From Patescibacteria group bacterium (lineage in GTDB: Bacteria; Patescibacteriota; Patescibacteriia; UBA9934), in NCBI GenBank assembly GCA_041666145.1, contig JBAYHK010000003.1:6277-70276 (forward strand): a DNA stretch of 64,000 nucleotides, written 5' to 3'. How positions within the stretch are numbered: position 1 is the first letter of the stretch; each line of letters opens with the position of its first letter. The position numbers were made by a program, and so were the translations under genes. Positions 57,401 through 64,000 of the stretch are shown here, piece after piece. Under the pieces are notes generated by a model that was not told the origin of the DNA, made no database searches, and saw only the letters and a program-made list of their open reading frames with translations.

Positions 57401-59166
57401 AACGCAATTGCAAGGGTAATAATGATAATGAACAACATAAACACGATCGATAATGGAACGGAGTGTATTGATCTATTTTCTTGCCAAGTTTTCACACGAT
57501 TTACACCAACAAAAATAGGAGCGGCAATTCGCATTGAAACAGCCCTTTGTATTCCTCGATAAAAAATGGCAAGACGCGATTCTTTTTCTTCTCTAGATGC
57601 CTCAATATCCTCTTCGAATATCACGCCTGCTTCAGATTGATGATTTTTATCTCGGAATACCCAAACCAAAATGCTTGCAAGCACAACACCAAAAACAAGA
57701 ACAATAATTCGAACGACTCCGTCTCCTGCTAATAAGGCTGCACGCCAAGAATCAACTTCCATAGCTAACGGAGTCGCACCAATCCTATAAAGTCCAGCTG
57801 GCACAAGAAATGCTCCGATTGTACTTATTGCAGTTAAGACCATAACTCCGAAAGGTATTTGTTCTGCCTGTTGAACAGAAGTAAGAGAAGCAAATTCCTT
57901 ACGCAATTGAGAAACCTCTCGTATCCCTCTTCGAAATAAGGAGCCAAACATCACAAAAAAACCTATTAAAATATAGGCAGCAAATCCACGAGACAAACTT
58001 GAGAGATTACCGATAATCGCAGAACCAATCATCCATTGGCTACAAAAAAGAATGGAAGGTGGAAGTCCTAAAGCGGCAAGCACTTGAAGCAGCCTAATTC
58101 CCCTCCCTGACGAATCGATTCCTAAAATGAATGGAAATATTTCCCGAACTGTTTCAATAATTACAACGCCCGCAACATTCAAAAGCGTTGCAAAAAGCGC
58201 GATATTCATTGCCTCATAGGCACCTACAGATTGAAAAAGAATCGCAACGCTCATCATGAAGACCGTTGTTCCTGCTCCAAAAATAAATCCGACAATTGGA
58301 TTCTTTTTCCTTGTTATTACAATCATTGTCAATATTCCAATAAAACCGAGAGGAATAGAAAACCACGAAGAAAGAGGCGGGAGTATGAAGAGAACCTGTC
58401 TAAGAACGACGTACATCGAAATAGTAAAAAACATCATCTGAACAAAAACTCTACTTCCAGCATCTTCAAGAACAGGAAGAGACAAGGATGTAAAGCGATG
58501 GAATGGCCACAAGTCCATAAAAAGAACTGTTCCGAATGTGAACAGTCCAAATGCAACTGCTAGGCGCATCGTGTCGATCTCTGCTGCAATATATGACAGC
58601 GTAGAAAAGTCATTAAATAATGCTCCGGAAGAAAGAATAAATAGTCCGGAAATGATACTTATTGCCCCTACATATTTTGTAATAAACAATCGTCCTATAG
58701 CCCCTGCGGTTATTTCTGTTGTGCTGATGGCCATAAAAAACGTCGCACCTCCAACCATAAGTAGCAATGCCGCAGCTAACCCAATAATATTTCCCGCAAA
58801 TAAAGTCCAAGTCGCTCCAATAATGGCCACAGAAAGTGCAAATGTTCTCTCTATCAATTGTGAAGTTTTACGCTTCGAATACCACATCAACGAAATTGCA
58901 AAAATCACAATGCTCATTGGTAACAAAAACATTGCAGAAAACTTATCAAACGTTGCTGTCATTCCAAAAAAGAGATTTGTTGAAACTACATACGGCTCTT
59001 CAGAAAGTAGACCGTAAATTCCTGCCGCAGCTCCGGCCAACCCTGTTAAAACAAAAAAAGCTGAACTAATAAATGTGGCTCGTTCCTTCTGAAAAAGAAC
59101 GGAAGTGACACAGGAAATAACAGGACCCAATACCAGAACCATTAAGCACCATTCCCAAGGCGTCAT
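57397..59166 (-). CDS. antiporter-module-like polytopic membrane protein (divergent NuoL/MnhA-type)
   Basis: It is 589 aa with about 16 TMs. The segment MDLWPFHRFTSLSLPVLEDAGSRVFVQMMFF sits at the position of the conserved antiporter-module motif. Confidence 0.45.
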   Translation of the reverse strand: MTPWEWCLMVLVLGPVISCVTSVLFQKERATFISSAFFVLTGLAGAAAGIYGLLSEEPYVVSTNLFFGMTATFDKFSAMFLLPMSIVIFAISLMWYSKRKTSQLIERTFALSVAIIGATWTLFAGNIIGLAAALLLMVGGATFFMAISTTEITAGAIGRLFITKYVGAISIISGLFILSSGALFNDFSTLSYIAAEIDTMRLAVAFGLFTFGTVLFMDLWPFHRFTSLSLPVLEDAGSRVFVQMMFFTISMYVVLRQVLFILPPLSSWFSIPLGFIGILTMIVITRKKNPIVGFIFGAGTTVFMMSVAILFQSVGAYEAMNIALFATLLNVAGVVIIETVREIFPFILGIDSSGRGIRLLQVLAALGLPPSILFCSQWMIGSAIIGNLSSLSRGFAAYILIGFFVMFGSLFRRGIREVSQLRKEFASLTSVQQAEQIPFGVMVLTAISTIGAFLVPAGLYRIGATPLAMEVDSWRAALLAGDGVVRIIVLVFGVVLASILVWVFRDKNHQSEAGVIFEEDIEASREEKESRLAIFYRGIQRAVSMRIAAPIFVGVNRVKTWQENRSIHSVPLSIVFMLFIIIITLAIAL

Positions 59167-59317
59167 AACACAAATCGCTAGGATTCAATGGGCAAAGTGT
59201 AGGCCCTTCACCCTTTCAATCCAAGTTTTTGTGTGGAGAAGTTCTGCTCCGATTTTGAAAAAAATTTAACTGCAAGTGTCGCAAAACGCTGCTTTTCTAC
59301 ATGTTCCAAAAACAATA

Positions 59318-59347
59318 AATTCATTCAACAAAAGTGAGCCTTCTGGC
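59318..59347 (-). terminator. rho-independent terminator after atpC
   Basis: It lies 30 bp past the atpC stop. On the minus strand it reads AAAAGTGAGCC-AGAA-GGCTCACTTTTGTTG, with a stem followed by a T-run. Confidence 0.7.
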
Positions 59348-59376
59348 TCACTTTTAATCCCTAATCCTGACGAAGC

Positions 59377-59823
59377 CTAATCCTGACTCATTCTCGCTCT
59401 TCCCTTCCCCTTCTTCATTGCTACTCGGTATCGCGCAAGTTCTCGTTCCAAATGTGCTGCAGCATCAGCATAAGAAACATCATTCTTATTTCGCATTGCC
59501 TTTATTGCCTCTTGTGCTCGCGCTTTTGCAGCTTCTATTGCAGCAAGCTCTAATTCATCAATACGTTCAGCGGTGTCCGCCAAAACAACCACAGTACCGT
59601 CCTGACGTACTTCAAACATGCCAGTCGACGTTGCCAAAAGTTCCTCGGTGCCGTTATGTTTTACTCGCATTTCTCCGGCCTTCAAAAGCGCCAAAAGTGG
59701 AGCATGGTGCGGCAATACTGTTATTTCCCCCATTCCTGTCATAACCGAAATACTATCCGCATCACCTTCGTATACGATTCGTTCAGGAGTAGCGACCGTG
59801 TAATGAAGTTTTACATCTGACAT
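59377..59823 (-). CDS. atpC: F1 ATP synthase epsilon subunit
   Basis: It has a beta-sandwich N-domain (ITVLPHHAPLLALLKAGEMRV). A helical hairpin follows. Confidence 0.85.
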   Translation of the reverse strand: MSDVKLHYTVATPERIVYEGDADSISVMTGMGEITVLPHHAPLLALLKAGEMRVKHNGTEELLATSTGMFEVRQDGTVVVLADTAERIDELELAAIEAAKARAQEAIKAMRNKNDVSYADAAAHLERELARYRVAMKKGKGRARMSQD

Positions 59824-59841
59824 AGATCGAAAATAAAACTT

Positions 59842-62074
<2,233 letters not shown>

Positions 62075-62075
62075 A

Positions 62076-63584
62076 TTATGCCGAGAAAGTAGAAAGGAAA
62101 TCTTTCAACGTATTTTCAAGTCTAACCTTCAATTCACTAGAAACATCACGAGTCTCAGTAATTGTATTGAGAATTTCCGCACCAGAAGCATGCATGTATC
62201 GCAGACACTCTTCTTCGAACTTTCCGATTGATGTGATTGGCAGTGCATCAAGCATCCCTGCATTAAGCGCATAAATTACAATCGCCTGCTCTGCAAAATT
62301 CATTGGTGAATATTGTTTCTGCTTCATGAGCTCCATAGCACGTCGGCCACGTTCAATCTGCTTTTTCGTTGCGTCATCAAGATCAGTCGCGAATTGCGCG
62401 AATGCCTCAAGCTCTCGAAATTGTGCAAGGTCAACTTTTAACGTCTTCGCCACATTCTTCATTGCTTTCGTTTGCGCAGCAGACCCAACACGAGACACAG
62501 AAAGACCAACGTTCAATGCCGGGCGTTGCCCACGATAAAACAAATCTGTTTCAAGATAGATCTGCCCGTCCGTAATCGAAATCACATTCGTTGGAATATA
62601 TGCAGACACATCACCACCCTGAGTTTCAATAATCGGCAATGCAGTGATCGATCCTCCGCCATGTTCTTCGCTCAATCGAGCTGAACGCTCAAGCAATCGT
62701 GAATGCAGATAAAAAACATCTCCAGGATATGCCTCACGTCCTGGTGGGCGACGAAGCAAGAGAGAAATCTCACGATAAGCCCAGGCGTGCTTACTCAAAT
62801 CGTCATAGACAATAAGCACATCTTCACCCTTCCCCATAAAATATTCAGCAACTGCGCATCCTGCATAAGGAGCTAAATATTGCATAGCTGCGCTATCAGA
62901 CGCTCCAGCAAGAACAATCGTGGTGTATTCCATAGCTCCAGCTGCCTCTAACCGAGCACGAATCTGAGCAATCTTCGATTCTTTCTGACCAATGGCAACA
63001 TAAATACATTTCACGTTCTCGCCTTTCTGATTCAAAATCGTGTCAATTGCAATCGCTGTCTTTCCAGTCTGACGATCTCCAATAATAAGTTCGCGCTGCC
63101 CACGACCGATTGGAATAAGTGCATCAATCGCCTTAATTCCTGTATGCATCGGAACTGAAACAGATTTACGAGACATTACCCCAGGAGCAATCTTTTCCAC
63201 TGGTGCCATAGTCTTTTGGGACAATGCACCTTTTCCGTCAAGAGCGACTCCGAGTGGATCAACAATCCTTCCAATGATTCCATCTCCAACCGGAATAGAA
63301 AGAATACGGCCCGTTGACCGTGCAGTGTCTCCAGCCTTCACACCCATGGCATCACCCAAAATAATGACTCCGACCGTTTCTTCTTCAAGGTTAAGCACCA
63401 CACCAAAAACACCATTACCAAAGTCAATCATTTCTTGACTCATGATATTTCCAAGTCCAGAAAGACGAGCAACGTTATCTGAAACGCTCATAACAGTTCC
63501 AACACGTTCCTCATGAGCCTCAGCCTTAAATGCATCAATACTTTCACGAAGGATGGTAATAATATCGGCTTTTTTTGTGGTCAT
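62076..63584 (-). CDS. atpA: F1 ATP synthase alpha subunit
   Basis: It has the P-loop GDRQTGKTAIA and the alpha-subunit core. I set the start at ATG 63584 (MTTKKADI...) to avoid overlapping atpH. The ORF track extends the frame to 63614. Confidence 0.95.
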   Translation of the reverse strand: MTTKKADIITILRESIDAFKAEAHEERVGTVMSVSDNVARLSGLGNIMSQEMIDFGNGVFGVVLNLEEETVGVIILGDAMGVKAGDTARSTGRILSIPVGDGIIGRIVDPLGVALDGKGALSQKTMAPVEKIAPGVMSRKSVSVPMHTGIKAIDALIPIGRGQRELIIGDRQTGKTAIAIDTILNQKGENVKCIYVAIGQKESKIAQIRARLEAAGAMEYTTIVLAGASDSAAMQYLAPYAGCAVAEYFMGKGEDVLIVYDDLSKHAWAYREISLLLRRPPGREAYPGDVFYLHSRLLERSARLSEEHGGGSITALPIIETQGGDVSAYIPTNVISITDGQIYLETDLFYRGQRPALNVGLSVSRVGSAAQTKAMKNVAKTLKVDLAQFRELEAFAQFATDLDDATKKQIERGRRAMELMKQKQYSPMNFAEQAIVIYALNAGMLDALPITSIGKFEEECLRYMHASGAEILNTITETRDVSSELKVRLENTLKDFLSTFSA

Positions 63585-63592
63585 ATATTTCT

Positions 63593-63985
63593 CTACAAAC
63601 TTTTCTCTAAACATTGTTTTAGTCGCTGTAACGTTCCGGCGACTGACGCATCAATACGTCGATCATCAATTCGGATTACTGCTCCACCCATAAGACGTTC
63701 ATCGACCCGTTCAACGATATCTGCTCCTGGCGTTGCTTCTTCAATACTTTTTCGAAGACTTGGAGCAAGAGCATGAGCGGAAACGATAGTGACATTCGCT
63801 GCGCCAAATTTTCTCTTCCAAGCCCCATGAATCTCGTGCTCAATCTCTCGCCAGCGGCAAATCCAACCACGATGCGCAAGTTCTTCAACGAAACTTTTCA
63901 TGGTCTTTACCAATTCAGACCGTGGAAGTCCTGCGCATTCCTTCACGAGAAGATCGGCAAGCTGTCTATTCGTAAATCCAGCCAT
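63593..63985 (-). CDS. atpH: F1 ATP synthase delta (OSCP) subunit, unusually short (130 aa)
   Basis: The C-terminal OSCP pattern is present (VTIVSAHAL ... LMGGAVIRIDDRRIDASV). An in-frame stop lies 2 codons upstream of the ATG, so the N-terminal helical bundle is largely missing rather than cut off by the window edge. Confidence 0.65.
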   Translation of the reverse strand: MAGFTNRQLADLLVKECAGLPRSELVKTMKSFVEELAHRGWICRWREIEHEIHGAWKRKFGAANVTIVSAHALAPSLRKSIEEATPGADIVERVDERLMGGAVIRIDDRRIDASVAGTLQRLKQCLEKSL

Positions 63986-64000
63986 ATTACGTCATTTTGC

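Noticed and set aside
59167-59376. Treating the antiporter-like trio as part of the atp operon transcript
   Set aside because: A hairpin with a T-run follows atpC, and a roughly 210-bp untranslated gap precedes the 589-aa gene. This indicates a separate transcription unit. I report adjacency, not co-transcription.

Overview
This 64-kb window looks like a compact, low-GC (about 42-44%) bacterial chromosome segment written in the standard code (code 11). It has the feel of a reduced-genome Patescibacteria/CPR-like organism. Genes are densely packed with many 1-14 nt overlaps and ATGA/ATGATG start-stop couplings. I found no rRNA genes, CRISPR arrays, transposases or obvious prophage genes.

What is here, in order:
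- A 5'-truncated HhH-GPD DNA glycosylase, a thioredoxin-like protein, era, rlmD, a SpoU methyltransferase and tRNA-Arg(CCG).
- Two tandem, near-identical GT2 glycosyltransferases followed by a PduL-type phosphate acyltransferase.
- A secreted CARDB/TSP3/PKD surface protein, murJ, a SanA/DUF218 protein, and a MacA-MacB tripartite efflux set.
- A minimal alaS, then a roughly 430-bp GC-rich non-coding island.
- A ribosomal-protein/rpoA operon: infA, rpmJ (absent from the ORF track because it is under 60 aa), rpsM, rpsK, rpsD, rpoA, rplQ, rplM, rpsI.
- A polysaccharide cluster: a Wzx flippase, a fused GT4-GT2 glycosyltransferase and an O-antigen-ligase-like membrane protein.
- fmt, def, priA, a LigB/MEMO-like protein, a secreted hypothetical, ppa, clpB, a GT26 (TagA/WecG) transferase, gltX and an M23 peptidase.
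- A long minus-strand string: ftsQ, alr, serS, a small nucleotidyltransferase, lysS, greA, mrdA, mreD, mreC, mreB, a DUF721-like protein and a UvrD-family helicase fused to a Cas4/RecB-type nuclease.
- Three polytopic membrane proteins that look like a degenerate complex-I/Mrp antiporter-like membrane arm, then the F1 genes atpC, atpD, atpG, atpA and atpH.

The items I think most deserve follow-up:
- the orphan antiporter-like membrane trio next to the atp genes;
- the GC-rich structured non-coding island upstream of infA;
- an rpoA that encodes only the alpha N-terminal domain;
- a priA with degenerate ATPase motifs;
- an operator-like pair of 20-bp palindromes in a strand-skewed 690-bp intergenic region;
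- a 17-bp inverted-repeat element immediately 3' of the tRNA, followed by a recent tandem gene duplication.

Several ORF-track starts are non-ATG (TTG/GTG), so I moved them to in-frame ATGs where homology supported it. All functional calls rest on motifs I recognised by eye. None could be checked by database search.
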